The notes: generated by a model not told the origin, from the letters alone. DNA of 62,156 bases, filler included, from Polymyxa betae A26-41 (GCA_003693705.1; 4 parts of 4 records of this genome joined end to end with filler, not necessarily neighbours in it); one strand, 5' to 3'; counted from the first letter of the whole stretch, positions 37,158 through 51,058 are shown. Program-made: numbers and translations.

Positions 37158-37951
37158 ATGTCTGAAAAAGATTCTAACTGTGATCCTAAACATGGCAAAT
37201 ATTGGCATGAAGATGGTGATGTGATTCTGGAAGTTCACAGCTTTGACCAAGAGTGTAAAAGTGAGCTGTTTCGAGTGCATAAACCCTATCTGTCGCTGCA
37301 TTCAGAATTCTTCAAGAATATGTTCAAAGATGGGACGAACTGGGTCGAGAACCATCTAGATGGAGATGGCCTCCAAAGAGTCGTCATCAGAGATGAAAAC
37401 CTGGATAGATTCCGTCTCTTTCTGGACTGGATTTACGAGGGCCAGGGTCGGGATTTTGATGTCAAGATTCTCGAACAGATTTTGACTATCAGCGATCGAT
37501 ATCTTTGCGCTGGTTTCCGAGAGACTTGTCGCAAATTAACCCGGGTTCTTCCTAAAAATTTCGAGCTTCTTTGCATTGCCTTCGAGTTTCGTCTGGATGA
37601 GGCTTTATGCTGTCAACTTGCCTCCTGGGGCATACATCGATCTTCTCTGGTTCCAAGGATGATGTAAGCAGATATAATCCCCCAATCAAATGATTGTAGT
37701 GAAGCTTTGACAGAATGAGGAGATTCCGTAGTCGCTGGGCTCTCAATATCATGCAGCTGTCTGCTCTCTATTACCGCGAAGATTGTAGTATCTGTAGGGC
37801 AAAAATTGCTTCAACAGTGTCTGATCCAAACAGCAATTGGGATTCTAAAATATTGAAGGATTACGAATGCTCAAAGTGCTATCAAATCTGGGCATCCAAA
37901 GATGCACTCAAAACTCTAACTCCCTTCAAGTTCGATCTCATCTCTGATTGA
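37158..37951 (+). CDS. BTB/POZ protein with C-terminal CxxC..CxxC (paralog 2, two exons)
   Basis: WHEDGDVILEV..FRVHKPYLSLHSEFFKNMF..FLDWIY..SDRYLC; GT-AG intron at ~37665-37713; CSIC..SDP..W..CSKC. Confidence 0.88.
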
Positions 37952-38198
37952 TACTTTCAATAGATAAAACGCATGCACCAATCTGTGTCCATCGCGTTTG
38001 TGCTTGTATGGCATCGAACATCGGACCTGATATGAATTTGAGTAGATTTTTGAATCACAGAATTGCATTCCGATGGCCGAAGAGCCATAAAGGCAGATAT
38101 ATCGGCCATTCCAGCTGCTGAGAGCTCATAGCCGTTTTGAATCGCTTTCCTGGTAAACCTCTTTCAGAAGATAGACTGATAGCGACCGTTGCTCTGTA

Positions 38199-38964
38199 AT
38201 GTCTATAACACAGCCACTTGGACCTCTCCAACATTGGCATGAAAACGGCGATGTTATACTGGAAGTTCACTTCTCGGATCCAGAGGGCGGAATCGACCAG
38301 TTTCGTCTTCATAAATCACTTCTCTCACAGCATTCTCTATTCTTCAACAGCATGTTCAAAGATGGTGGTCGCTGGGCAGAGAGCAATTCTGATGACAAAG
38401 ATGGCTGTCCGATTGTTATCATTAAAGACGAGAGTCTGGACCGATTCCGTCTCTTCTTGGACTGGATTTATGAGCCCCAAGGTCGCCCCCTTAATCTGAG
38501 CTCTTTGGCTGAGATGTTGATCATAAGCGATCGGTATCTGTGTTCGGGATATCGCGAAACTTGTCGCAATTTGGCTCGATTACTCCCGAACAGTTTCGAG
38601 CTTCTTCGACTTGTATTCGAGTATCGACTTGACAGGGCTTTATGCTGTAGACTCATTGCCTGGGCCATAAAGAGACCTGAACTGAAACTGATTCTTTTGT
38701 AAGCGCCCATTGAAGCTGTAGACAATTATTCTGAGCATTTTAAATAGAAAAATGGAAAAGCGACTCTGGATGATCTATATATATCATCTGCTAACAATCT
38801 ATCAAACAACTCCGTGCTCTAATTGCAAGGAAACTTTTGTCAGAAAAATATCTGATCCCGATTGGGACGGGAGTTTTACTAATTTCTGCCAAAGTTGTTT
38901 TCTACAGATGGGTCCTGCTAAAGAGGAGCTCAAAATGTTATTTCCATTCAACTGGAATCAATAA
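38199..38964 (+). CDS. BTB/POZ protein with C-terminal CxxC..CxxC (paralog 3, two exons)
   Basis: WHENGDVILEV..FRLHKSLLSQHSLFFNSMF; intron at ~38700-38747; CSNC..SDPDW..CQSC. Confidence 0.88.
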
Positions 38965-39329
38965 ACTGAATAATGCTACTTAATGCCATCTCGAGCCAGC
39001 CTTCAAATCTTCAACTCAGTGAACAATATCAATTGTAAACTCAGCCATGTTGAAGCTGAAATTTGCTCTTTTAAGACTGCCTGATTCGGAGCATTCCATT
39101 CCGAGGCAATGGACAACTAACCCAGAATCGTCCGTCGTTGAACTTTCTGCTATTGATAAATCGATTGATGAAAAGGCTGCATAACTTGGGCCAGCTCGGA
39201 ATGAATGATGGTGATGGTACATTGGAAGTTTAAAGTTCTGTTTTAGAGATTCGCGTTCATAAATCATATCTGCTGCTGCACACACAGTCCTTTATAAAGA
39301 ATATAAAAGAATGGATCGATTTGTTTCGA

Positions 39330-39530
39330 AAACGAAACTGAAACTGATAGACTTCAAGGAAATGGCATTCAGACGGTCGTCGTCAACAAAGATGAGAATT
39401 TGATCCATTCCTTCTCCTTCTAGACAGGATGTATGAAGAATGAAATTTCGATCTGAAAAGCCTTCAACATATTCTGCATCTCAGCGATCGATATATGAGT
39501 GTGGGATTTCGTCAAACTTTCACTAGCTTG
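39330..39530 (+). pseudogene. BTB paralog remnant
   Basis: aatggcattcagacggtcgtcgtcaacaaagatgagaatttgat..ttcctagacaggatgtatgaa..agcgatcgatat is homologous to the neighbouring paralogs. Confidence 0.55.
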
Positions 39531-39760
39531 GTCGTTTTTTTTAAAACGATGTATCTTCAAAACACCTTTTTCCGGCATTTCAAAGAGAATATTACTCCGT
39601 ATTCGCTCTTATTTCATCAAAAACAACTTCATTGCTCCAGTTGAAGTATCAACAAAGGGGGTATTGTTCCGTTTCCGGATTCTCATGTTCTTTTTATTGA
39701 AATTCGCTTCTTTGGTGTCCCATTTTTATCCGCTATAATATCATAGCCATAATCTTGCCA

Positions 39761-40538
39761 TCATGAATAAGAAACGCTGGACAGTTGCAAAGGAAATAAC
39801 ACCTTGAGAGCATCTCTGGCATCAAGGAAATGAGAATCCAAGGAAAGGCGACAATCGGGGCAGATTTCGCGACGGTTGAAAGATCCATTCCAGGTGAGGT
39901 CAGAGACCTTTTTAAGAAAACAGGTTTTGCAACCTGTACATGTTTTTGGTTGATAAATAAATATCAATCGGTAGATATAGAGCATCCATAGACGATCACT
40001 TTTCATCTGTCTAGTAAAAAAGTCACGACAGAGGTCAAAGAAATTGTGTTTAAGCTTTGCTTACAGCAACGCTACATTCAAATCAGATTGTTTGAGGGCC
40101 CAACAAGCAACTTTACAGCATAACAATTTATCAAACCGATATTGGAATGCAATGCGAAGGAGTTTGAAACTATATGGAAGAAGCAGGGATAAGTTCCGGC
40201 AAGTTGATTATCAAAATCTGCTCAAGAATGTCCTCATTGAATTTTCGACCCTCTTGCTCATAGATCCAGTCGAGAAAGATTCCAAATCGTGTCAGATTTT
40301 CATCTTTGATAAGGACCTTCTGGAGTCCTGTGTCAGGATCTGGATGGTTTTCCGCCCAATCCGATTCTTTCTCGAACACGTTCTCAAAAAACTTTGAATG
40401 CAGTGAGAGAAGGGCCTTATGAGCACGAAACGTTAAAGGAATGCAGATTTGGTCCGAGCTGTGAACTTCCAATATCACATCCCCATCTTCATTCCAATAT
40501 GTGGCATCATTCTTTTGCCGGTATTTGGTATCTGACAT
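39761..40538 (-). pseudogene. BTB/POZ paralog with an internal deletion
   Basis: WNEDGDVILEV..FRAHKALLSLHSKFFENVF..FLDWIY; SDRYLC segment missing; CTGC..SDLTW..CPDC. Confidence 0.85.
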
Positions 40539-41444
40539 GCTGGATGGAAGATGAGAAACAGAAAATCAGAAGCGAATTTGAGCCAGAATCAGATACTCAT
40601 ATGAATAACACCGTATAATTCATGACAAAGGAATGGCCAAATGGATTCAGCATGCTGGACGCATCACGATTAAACCCTTTCTGTTCTTCACTGAATGCCA
40701 CAATCACTTTAGTTAGGAATTGTGTTTCTCAGATTTCAAGATGGACGACCTAAATCTCTGCTGTTTTGTTCTGTTCGTGAGAGACAATTTGTAACATGCC
40801 TTTGTGCGTCCGGGAGAGAGATTGTGATCGGAACGGAACTGCTTCAAATGGAGTATTATCGATGCAGTTAGCAACTGGAATGTCAGGCAAGAGCAGAATG
40901 GCGTCGTCAGGGTTTAGGGTTGACTCAGCTGTGGGCTGCTTCCGGAGAGATGAGATCATGATGAACTGCGGTCACTTAAAAGGCGCTTTTTCGGAGTTCC
41001 ATGTTCTGACAAAATCAAGGAACCATGTTATCGATTCAGAGTGAAATTGTCTAAAAATAGCTTCCCCAAATTGCCGGGACTGTGTGAATGAATTACAGGA
41101 TTTTCCCGATCTGCCTTCATTACGAAGCACTTGACTGTCCATTATGCTTTGTAAAATCTCATTTGGAACGCACATTGTAAAGCGGTACGAAGCTCTGTCA
41201 TTGCGGGGCGTTTTAATTGCGATAATAGTCTGTAGTTTTTGTTGGGTTAGGGTTTGCCAGTTTGGTCGGTAAAGCATCTGGAGTGAAATCCAGAAAATCG
41301 GTCCTTACACTGTTCTTCAAAAGCTGGACCCTCGTCAGGAAAGACAGAATTGGAAATGACCCTGTGAAGACATAGCGAGACATAATGAACATCACAATCA
41401 TCATACTGTGTCATGACAAATATCAACTTTATTGCTTGAACCAA

Positions 41445-42231
41445 TCAATATGAGATTTGACGCATTGTGAAAGGAAATAAAGCTTTCAACGCATCTGTGG
41501 CATCTGTGAACGGAATCAAGAAATGCCGACTTTCGCGACAAGCGTCACGTTCAACTGTCCCATCCCAGGTAGGGTCAGACACCTTTACTGTGAAATAACG
41601 TTTGCAAGTATCACACGACCGCGATTCGAGAACAGCCAGCAATCTGTAAATATAAAGTTTCCAGCAACGATTCCCTTTCATCATGCTAGAGACAATGGTC
41701 ACGGATTAGATAGAAAATATTGTGCTGAAGTTGCATACATCAATGATCGATTGAAGTTAGGTTGCTGTATGGCCCAAGAAGCAAATCTGCAGCAAAGAGC
41801 TTCGTCCAGACGAAACTCAAAACAAAGCTCGAGCAATTTCAAACTATCAGGAAGGTTTCGAGCAGCATTTCTGCAAGTTTCGCGAAGCCCTGAACAAAGA
41901 TATCGATCACTGATAATCAGTATATTTTCCAAATAAAGTCGCGACCATGATCTTCATAAATCCAGTCTAGAAAACAACGGAATCTGTCCAAATTCTCGTC
42001 TTTGATGATGACATTCTGGAAGCCATTTGCTTGGAGATCAGCTGGATGATTTTCAGCCCAGATTGACCCGCTTTTGAACAGATTCTTGAAAAATTGTGAA
42101 TGTATCGACAGCATTGCTTTATGGACAAGAAACTGTTGTTGAGATTCGCCTTTATCATCAGAGCTGTGAACTTCCAATATAACATCATCTTCATGCCAAT
42201 GTGGTCTACATATAGGTGTTTCATCAGTCAT
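41445..42231 (-). pseudogene. BTB/POZ paralog, frameshifted
   Basis: WHEDDVILEV..FLVHKAMLSIHSQFFKNLF..FLDWIY; frameshift at ~41935; SDRYLC; CDTC..SDPTW. Confidence 0.85.
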
Positions 42232-42779
42232 TTTGAGTCAGTGGTTGCTCACACTCGATCCAGAAATAGTCTTATTATGTAAGTTCAGAATACAGAGAGA
42301 ATACATCCAACAATGCAGAGTGATTCATCACATTTCTTGAATAGACGATTCTGTTCAACTCTCTATGTGGTTCATGATGCCACATGAATGAATCTTTCGG
42401 CCTGAAATTCACTGCGTAAATCTGAATCACGGATTTTTTTAGCGTCCATCTTTACGAATTGGAAACGTGTTCAATATGCTCTAGACCCAGTTTCCAATCT
42501 AAAAAGTGGGCTGAATTATATAATATTTACATCATTATATTTATAAAAAGGCACAGCAGCAGCTGTTTGACAACAGCAAGCCTTTAAAATACGTAATTGA
42601 GCTTAAACACATACGTAAAGTCTTCAAACTGTCCGTGAGTCGCCGATAGTTTGAGAAAACTAGCGGCAAAATTTTGCGCGGACTTGCGGACTTTAAAATG
42701 GTTGGTCGAACAGTTTTGGGGCCTGAAAAAGATCGGCGAAACAGTTTGGGGGCAGGAACTATACGAAAAACCAGCTGAG

Positions 42780-43218
42780 ATGCATGCTTTCGATTCAAAT
42801 GTTGAAACGGATTCGTATTTGGAGCTGTCTGATGATAGCGATGGACTTGAATCGGATCCTGAACCTCAGCCGGCAGCATTGCCGGCAGCACCGAAGCAGG
42901 ATATCAAACCCGCTGCTGCCCGACAGGTCGTGGATGCAGTTAAACTCAGCTCGCTGATGTCTATCCATGCAAGATATTTCAGTGAGTATAGTAAGGGCCG
43001 TAGAAACGTCACCCAGCTAATTCCAAATAGGATCTGGCCATCGGTAATTGAGATTATTTTCCTATCTGAATAAAATGCTAACTAAACTTCAAGATTTACT
43101 CTGAGTATAAGAAATGTTTTCCCGAATGCTGTATTACCGAGAAGCAGTTGAAGGCTCATATCAGAGTCACCAAAAAAGAATTAAAAACTGGTCACTCTGA
43201 TGGAGACAGCGGAAGGTC
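42780..43218 (+). CDS. Partial gene: acidic N-terminus plus possible Myb/SANT-like motif (TE-associated?)
   Basis: RIWPS-intron-IYSEYKKCFP..ITEKQLKAHI; truncated by the gap. Confidence 0.3.
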
Positions 43219-43318
43219 NNNNNNNNNNNNNNNNNNNNNNNNNNNNNNNNNNNNNNNNNNNNTTAATTAATTAANNNNNNNNNNNNNNNNNNNNNNNNNN
43301 NNNNNNNNNNNNNNNNNN

Positions 43319-43982
43319 TTCTCAGTCAAAAATGGCTTGATTGTGCTGGAATGGCGACGAATCTCACCTGCTTTAAATTTGTCATGCAATGTGCTTTTAG
43401 GAATACCCAGCTCGGCTGCCAGATCCCTAAAGTTTTGTCGCGAATTTAGCGGGACATTTTTGACTGCCTCCAGATCAAGCATTTTGGACTTGCGGCCACA
43501 TTTTCCCTTACGCCTTGAAGATACCACAGCGCAGGGCGACCCATCTGAGAGTGAACGTTGTCCCTGCTGCCAGATTCGACTCACAGTTTTTGTATGAACA
43601 GAGAATTTTTTGGCAATATCTCCAATTGCGCCTTTTTTGAGTTTTCCATCGTTAATACTGCAATAACAACTGTTCATACATTCCTCGACGTTGCTGGTCG
43701 GTATTAGGTTTTTGGGGACTTTCCCCCGATTCGAGGATGGTCGGAGCAGGTCCTGGCATCTTCAATTCACGGGGCCGGTGATTACAAAACAGGAAAGAAA
43801 AACGACGAAGTTCGAGGAGCAATATCTCAGCGGCCAAGGCTCGGTTGAAGCTGAAAATTTTTGCACCAGATAGCCCGTGCCGAGCGCTTTAATTTGCGCG
43901 CCATGGAGAAAAGATCATGCAAAAATTGACGTTAATCCCGGGATTTGTTTTCTACCGGACATATATTTCCGGACAAAGGGAG
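43319..43982 (-). mobile_element. Plant/oomycete-type mariner 5' part with TIR and transposase N-terminus
   Basis: TA|CTCCCTTTGTCCGGAAATATATGTCC TIR on the minus strand; GKLKKGAI..AKKF.V..KTVSRIW..RKGKCGRK..LAAELGIPKSTLH..IRRHSSTIKPFLTE. Confidence 0.85.
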
Positions 43983-45501
43983 TATTAAATTATTTATCGG
44001 AATCAGTAGAATTCCACCACGATGGGATAGTACGATGACTCTTGAACTTTTTGACTGCACGTCCGACATCACGAACAGAGAGAAATTGGCCATTTTTCTC
44101 GCGATTCGCGTCCATGTATCTGCAAACCGATCAATGTCAACCCAAACGTCAATCAATTCAAATCATTTACCTGAAACACTTGCTAGCGAATGTGCGAATT
44201 TGAGCAACAGAAACAGATGATAAAGCAACAGGTAAAATTCGAACCAAACCAGTAAAAGAATAATCACAGTGAGTTCTGGTAAAACGTTTGACGGCAAAGA
44301 ACAATTTTGCGCGCGAGACGGGATTTTTCTGACTACGCAGTTTTGATTTTTACAGTCTCGCACTTTATTTCCATACGCATTTCTTAAATGTGCGCGTCCG
44401 GGTGCATTTGGGATGCCTCCCTTACAAATAACAGGACCGCTGGTCCCAGTTGGTGGTAGTTGGTCCCCAGTCCTGGACTGGGACCGAGGCAAATATGCGT
44501 AGATATTTGCAGTGACGAAGGCAAATATCAAAGGATATTTGGATCGCGGGTCCCCAGTCATTGAATACTGCGTTCCAATAGAGAGAGAGAGAATGGGAGC
44601 GGAGGAGATGCTTGCGTCTGATCATCTTTGCAGCAACCGTTTATTTATTGACGGTTCCGCTGGCTCGTCTGCTGCGTCGGTCCCGACTCCGACGCCGCTG
44701 CCAACGATGTCTTTGTGTTCGTTGTTATTCAACTTCTAGGTTTTAAATGTTTGGATGTCTGCAGCGCATCTGTTTATATTGGAATTTCCCCGTTTTTTGA
44801 CGGTAGGGAGTTCGGCCCGAAGGCATCCGGTACAAAAAACAGGAACTGTTAATGATTAATACGAAATGACACTTCGCAATCCTTCAGTGAATTTGGTATC
44901 TATATTATTTTATTATGTTTTTGGATCACATATTTGCAAAAACCATGCTCCTTTGTATTGTAAAGCTTAAATAAAAAACAGATTTCACTGTAGTACAATA
45001 GAAGAAACAATACTATTATTTCCTTACTTAGTATGCCTTGCATACTTTTTTGTCGTCGCAACAGAGAATCTCCTCCGATTTGTGGGGCGTTCAGCATTTC
45101 CGAAGTGTAACAAGAATTCAAGAGCCAGTGGGGGCAACCATCCCTGAGGCCGCGCTGCTCGACCCCCGTTGACCGACTTTGTGACACGCTCGAGATATTA
45201 GACTGAGGAAAGGGTTGGTCGCTTTTTCTGTATTTCAGTACAGTCAGTGATGGTTATTCGAAACACAGAATTAGTCAAATACAGTCAGAGAAATTAGTCG
45301 AAACACAGAAATAGTTCGATACAGTCAGAGCTGGTTATTCATATCAGTCAGAGCTCGCTATTTATAACAACGATTAGTGACAGACAGACGACAGAAATAT
45401 CTGAGAAACCATACCTTGACGAAAATCTCTAGAACCAGCCTCTCTTGGGCGCTTCGAATGCCCTCTCCAGCTTTCATTTAGTTATTTAACCAACAGGAAT
45501 A

Positions 45502-46804
45502 ATGAAAACTTTTCTGTTTGCAGCTTTCGTATTGAAGGTGGTTCTTGCTGGTCCTGGTGATCAAATCTGGGTGGCATCACCACTACAGTTGGGAGAATGT
45601 GGCCCTACCCTTGGATGACCTGCGTGTAATCCTGATCAATGCTGTTCTGCAGTAATTTCTTGGAGAATTATTGTTGGTTTGTCCTAATTGTTTGTTTATC
45701 AGTTTAGATGGTGCGGTTCTTCGGATGATTACTGTAATGCCAAATCGCTTTGGGTTGGCCCTGAGGTCCGATCCTCGCCTATAAGCTTAGAGCCTACATC
45801 TGAAACAATGCCAACAAATCCAATTACAGAGCGTGGTCGAGTACAACCGTTTGCTTTACAACAAAGTCGTCCATTTGTTCCAGCTCTAAACTGGTGTGGA
45901 AATCATAAAGTTGTTGCTCTGACCTTTGATGATGGACCAAGTAAACAATTGTATGATATTATTATGTGTTATCATTAATATTACATCTATAGTTGAGGGT
46001 CATGTTACTGCTCCTATTCTTGATGAATTTGCTCGTTACAACATCAAAGCAACATTTTTCCTGTCTCCATTTGGGGACTCTGCGAATGATGCCAGACGAC
46101 CTGGATCTGGAGACCAATGCCTTCTTCTCAAGAGAATGTTAAAGGAAGGTCATACCGTTGCTGGACGTAAGGCTTCTAATGAATATGTCCCATGGTCCTA
46201 TTTGAACTTTTGCAGATACAATGACTCACGCGGATTTATTGAAAATGTCCAATGAACAAATCAAGAAAGAAATTGATGATTATAACGGCTGGTACAAGGA
46301 TTGTACACGATCTGAGCCTGAATTTCGAGGTATTCGTCCACCTTATGGTAATCTACGTCCAGATCAACGTGCTTATATCAACAGTCTTGGCATCACTGTT
46401 GTTACGTAATCTATCTGTTCATTTGTGAAAGTCCCAATCTGAACTCAAAATGCAGATGGAATGTAGATTCGGATGATTGGAGAATTTCCAAGAGCGGCAC
46501 TGAAGCTATCTATAAGTTAACCGAGGAGAGATTCCAGCAAATTCCTGCTGGAGGTTCAATGATGCTTCTTCACCACGATGTTCATTATATAGGATCTCCA
46601 GGACCCCGTCTCATACCAAGGTCAGCAATAACTTTGTTGGAATCTGTTTCTTGGTTAAGACTACGATTCAGGTATCTGGAATATTTCAAAGATCTCGGAT
46701 ACTCGTTTGTCATCCTTGATCAATGTATTAATTTATGCACATCTACCAACGACTGCAAGTACCCAAAACCAAATAATTTGCCCGGCGTATATGATGGGAA
46801 CTAG
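45502..46804 (+). CDS. Secreted chitin/polysaccharide deacetylase (CE4/NodB) with N-terminal CBM18; in-frame TGA at codon 39
   Basis: Signal peptide MKTFLFAAFVLKVVLA; GECGP..C..DQCCS..WCGSSDDYC; VALTFDDGP, ATFF, GHTVAG..THADL, RPPYG, WNVDSDDW, LLHHD. Confidence 0.88.
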
Positions 46805-48375
46805 AATCTGCCTTCAATCTCTTATAAACATATGTCATACTATCTAGGATAATCACTATTAAATAAATGATATGACAAGCGATTTCCCTTTGAGAATTCC
46901 GGCCAAATGTCATTCCTGCATGCCACATCAACAGTACCTTCTGGATCATTTTAGAGCGCATAAGTTCAGATAGCATACAGTTAGAGGTTGATGGGACTGC
47001 ACAGCCAAATCGAATCTCAAAACCAGGTTGCTGCGGCATTATCCTCCGCATGAAATTACGTCAACAACGGTTTGGATGAGTTGGTCTGATAGGTCATTTA
47101 GTCCGCATATACACAGTGGTAGGGTTTCAGTCTATATAGAGGCAGAACTCGATTGCTGGTATCATAAAATCATACTACAATGCCATCCTCTACTAAAGGA
47201 CAACATCATCCTCTCTCAAACCGTGACTTTGGCCCAGATCTATTTCCACATCGCTCATTGAAAGAGGCCGTCTTGGATTGTGAAACCACCCCCGTCCATC
47301 GTCATTCGGGCCAGCATCACCCGCTGTCTGACCGCGATTTCGATGCCGCCTTCCTGCAGACCGGTCGTAAGCTTTCAGAGACTCATCCAGGCCTGGATAT
47401 GAATGGTAACAAGACACGCCGTCGGCGTCGTACTGGTCCTCATGTATAACGTATATTCAGGTGCTGGATCATTGACGACCCCAAACGGTCTACAGGTAGC
47501 GCCCGTACTGGCCCTGATCTCGTTAATGCCCAGATTAAGTCCATTGATGAAGATGTTCTCTATAGCAATGATCATATTCATGATTACACTCACCTCTATC
47601 TGATATTCATCCACTCTCTAATATCATCTCACTTCAATCATAAACCTGATATCGTTCTTGAGTTTTGACTTTGTTCTTGCCTACATGAACCGCCAAATCG
47701 GGGGACCCTTTGATGTGTGTGGGGTTTGTAGGGTCTACTATCCTCTACAAGCCAGAAATCAACTCACTCTACATCCCTTAATGTACTGAGAGAATATCGC
47801 CTAGTTTCTACATATATGCACTCTGTCTTACCGATGCAATTGAGCGTTTTTTATTCTGCAATGATGAAATCACTAAAGCAGCGCTAATGACGAGATCGGT
47901 GATCGTTTTCGTTCTAATCTGAAGCTAGATTGTATGTCGAGAGAGCCTGCTAGCATTCATTTGCACTCTGGAATTATCTGTTAACCACGAGGTGGACAGA
48001 GATTGCAACTCCCAATACGAAATATAACCACCATACGAAATATAACCACAAATGTGATGACCTCGACAGAGACCAAACAGACATCAAAAAGCCTCTGATA
48101 TTTATGTTTGCCTTACTTGGGCAATTCATACACTATATGTCGGGTTTCGACCTTGCCATTCGTTAAGCAATTCTAATAGTGCCATTGTCCTTTTAACTAC
48201 GAGACCGAACCTCAAAAATCCTACTATCAAATATTGCCAGTAGTTGAACTATTCTCGATGCGATCTGGTCGTATTATGTAAAACGCTGATATGGTTGGGA
48301 GATCTTTCCAGGAAAAAGTGATTTTGTGTATTCGGGGCTGGCAGCAGGCTAGAAAACCGCAGACGTACTGCCTCT

Positions 48376-49669
48376 TCAGTTCGAGGTGTTTGAAATTGGA
48401 TCTGAATGGAACTGCAACCAGATGGGAATAAATTCGCAGAAATTAGGTCGATAATCCTGGTCCTTATAGGCGTCCAGGTGGAAATGCTTAATAAGTCCAG
48501 TGATGAATTGACAATTAGCAAACAGCACATAAACCTTTGGATGAGTTCTGATAGCGATCTCATTAGTTTGCCATTCACCCAATACTTTAGATGGGAGATA
48601 TTGTTGATCTGTGTCAGGACGTAACATATCCACCCATTTACTGATACGTTCATCAAGCTCATCTTCGGTCTCCATTTTACTCAACTCGATGTTCGGATCT
48701 TCATCGCTGTGAAATGTTACAAACCCCGCTCAGCTTGTGTTGTTTCGTTACCTGTAGTATCCGAATTTGTCATAAATAGAATCAGATTCCAAGTTGGCCC
48801 TATTAAACATGTCAAAACACACATTCATGGCTGAACTATGATTCACATTTTAAAGATTAAGCGGTCTGAATATGGATGGAACTTCTCCTGAATAGATTCA
48901 GCAGATCTATCTCCACTATAATGTTACAGATCAGAGATCACGTGATACCACTCTAACATATATTACAGGCTCAGTTTCGTTTGAAAGTTCCTTCTTAGAT
49001 CTGGTCCAAATGGAGTGACACGCTGTTTAACACCTTCATCCACCATTATCTTAACATTAGTCATCGTATGTAATGCCATTTGTATAGATCGTGATAATGG
49101 AGAACATAAATATTGAACTCCATCCATAGATTCGAGGAATTGTTGCCATCCTGTAATCTCCAGCAAACGACGCAGATCGCTGATCTGTTTGGCTCCCTGT
49201 ATCAATAGTAAGACCTCTGGCCTTGACCCTAAAACCCTACCTCATGAGTCTTGATCTCAGGGTCAAAATACCGAAGACGTTCATCTCGACTCCATTCACA
49301 GATCGATTGATTATTGATTGGAGCTTTCATAGCCCTCCAACATACCTCAAAATCCTCGTTATTATTATGTGTGGCTTCAGCAGTACGAACAACAAGTAAT
49401 AGAGGACGGTCTGGACTAATTTGACGAGATAATTCTTGGAAATTGTTTGGTAGATATTTCATATTATCAAATCCTGTAGGGAAATGTTTACGTTTCGTAA
49501 CGTAGAGCTGTTGACGATTTACCCGCTTGTGCGAATAGATCCATGTTACAGGAGACATGGCCGCTAGTCGTTAACGTGACTGCCATAATACCGACTAGAA
49601 GAAAGGCGAGCATACTGATAGATAAAATGAAACAAAAACAGGCTAAAGGTGAGGTTGATTAAGTGGCAT
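48376..49669 (-). CDS. Histidine phosphatase (PGAM-like) paralog A, catalytic His absent
   Basis: LLVVRTAEATHN, FDPEI, YLCSPLSRSIQMA, VDEGVKQR, LFANCQFI; hydrophobic N-terminus. Start approximate. Confidence 0.7.
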
Positions 49670-50386
49670 GACTGTGGAGAATATCCGTCCAGTTGTAGTT
49701 AACATAATCTTGCAGTCCGAATTCCGAGTCCAACAGTACCGTGGAACCTTCTTGTCAGCGGGTATGTGTGGTAGGTCCGTTACTGGCACAGTCACCTATT
49801 AGATGAGGACGAATCTGTTTGCGAACTGTTTTAGGTCCAGCATGGGCAATATAGATACAGCAATATTCGGTCGTTTGCTGACTTAGTCAGACAGTGCATT
49901 CCCGCATAACAAATGCACCAACGGGAAACAAAGAGACATTGCACAGGGAGTCAGGAACATTGCATAAGAACTGAATGGCGACTTTGCATTCTGGGGTCTA
50001 GGGCTAGTACGATCGTAGAGCTGATATAAAGGGCTGGATATGTTTCAAACTGTCAACTGGCGTTCCACACTATAGATGAAAAATTCATTCAGAAAATAGA
50101 CACAAGAGTGTGACATCAGAACCATGGATTGTTAGGGTTTTAGGGTTTGTCCCTTCAGCAAATATGTTTTAAGCAGTTCGGGTCGGCGATTCGGATCGAC
50201 TGCGCCTCTTTAAGCGTACCGGAGCGGTCCATTCATGCAAGAGATAAATACGGTAACGAAGCTGAGCGTTCTCGGTATGCGTGTAGTAACGTAAGTGATG
50301 TCGGTACATGAGGACAGAGCGGACATTGTCCACAGATTCAGATCTCTATCTCTATCTCGACCTACTTTGATTTAGTCCTGGGTAAG

Positions 50387-51058
50387 ATGGGAGACGCACT
50401 GGCCCGTCGCCCTTTCTGGAACTTTTGCCTACAGCCACACGGACATGTAGATGGAGTACCGCGATTCTATCAGGAGATAGATCTCCATGATCTCCTCATC
50501 CAAGTCCTGGGCCAGTACGGCCGGGTCTGGGATGAAATTCGCTGCTCTGTGAATCGTTTCGGACACCGTACTGCAGATGGTGGACGTATTGACCTTGTAC
50601 AACGTCTAACTCCGGGGCAGTACTGGCTCCTTGAGGTTAAGTTCCACTCATTGGCGCAGACGTTTCTGACACGACACGATGCGGACGCGTTCGTCGAGCT
50701 GGCACGGGCACGCTCTGATTGGAAGACGGAGGCGGGACGCGAATTCTCAGCCTCGTTCACCTGGGCTTTTATAGCCGATATTCAAGGTCGAATTGAGAGA
50801 GGAGATTGGACGGACGTGTTCGTGGTTGTATTACTGCGTGATCAAGAGGAGTTTGCTGTGCAAACATTGAGTGAGGTCTGTGCATTTGCTGAGAATCAAT
50901 TACGGAATTATATGGGAGCTGCTGTATATGATGGATTATCAGAGATACAAGAGAATATTGAATATGTATATGGACATATTGTTATTGCCAGTACTTATCG
51001 TCAAATCCGTACAGTCATTGGCAACAGCAGAAAGTTCAGATTCGGAATATGCAACTGA
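50387..51058 (+). CDS. Intronless 223-aa PD-(D/E)xK restriction-endonuclease-fold protein
   Basis: EIDLHDLL..GGRIDLV..YWLLEVK matches the E..ID..ExK pattern; ORF intact. Confidence 0.65.
   Translation: MGDALARRPFWNFCLQPHGHVDGVPRFYQEIDLHDLLIQVLGQYGRVWDEIRCSVNRFGHRTADGGRIDLVQRLTPGQYWLLEVKFHSLAQTFLTRHDADAFVELARARSDWKTEAGREFSASFTWAFIADIQGRIERGDWTDVFVVVLLRDQEEFAVQTLSEVCAFAENQLRNYMGAAVYDGLSEIQENIEYVYGHIVIASTYRQIRTVIGNSRKFRFGICN

Noticed and set aside
45616-45618. TGA as selenocysteine
   Set aside because: The position does not align with a CBM18 cysteine and no SECIS was recognised.
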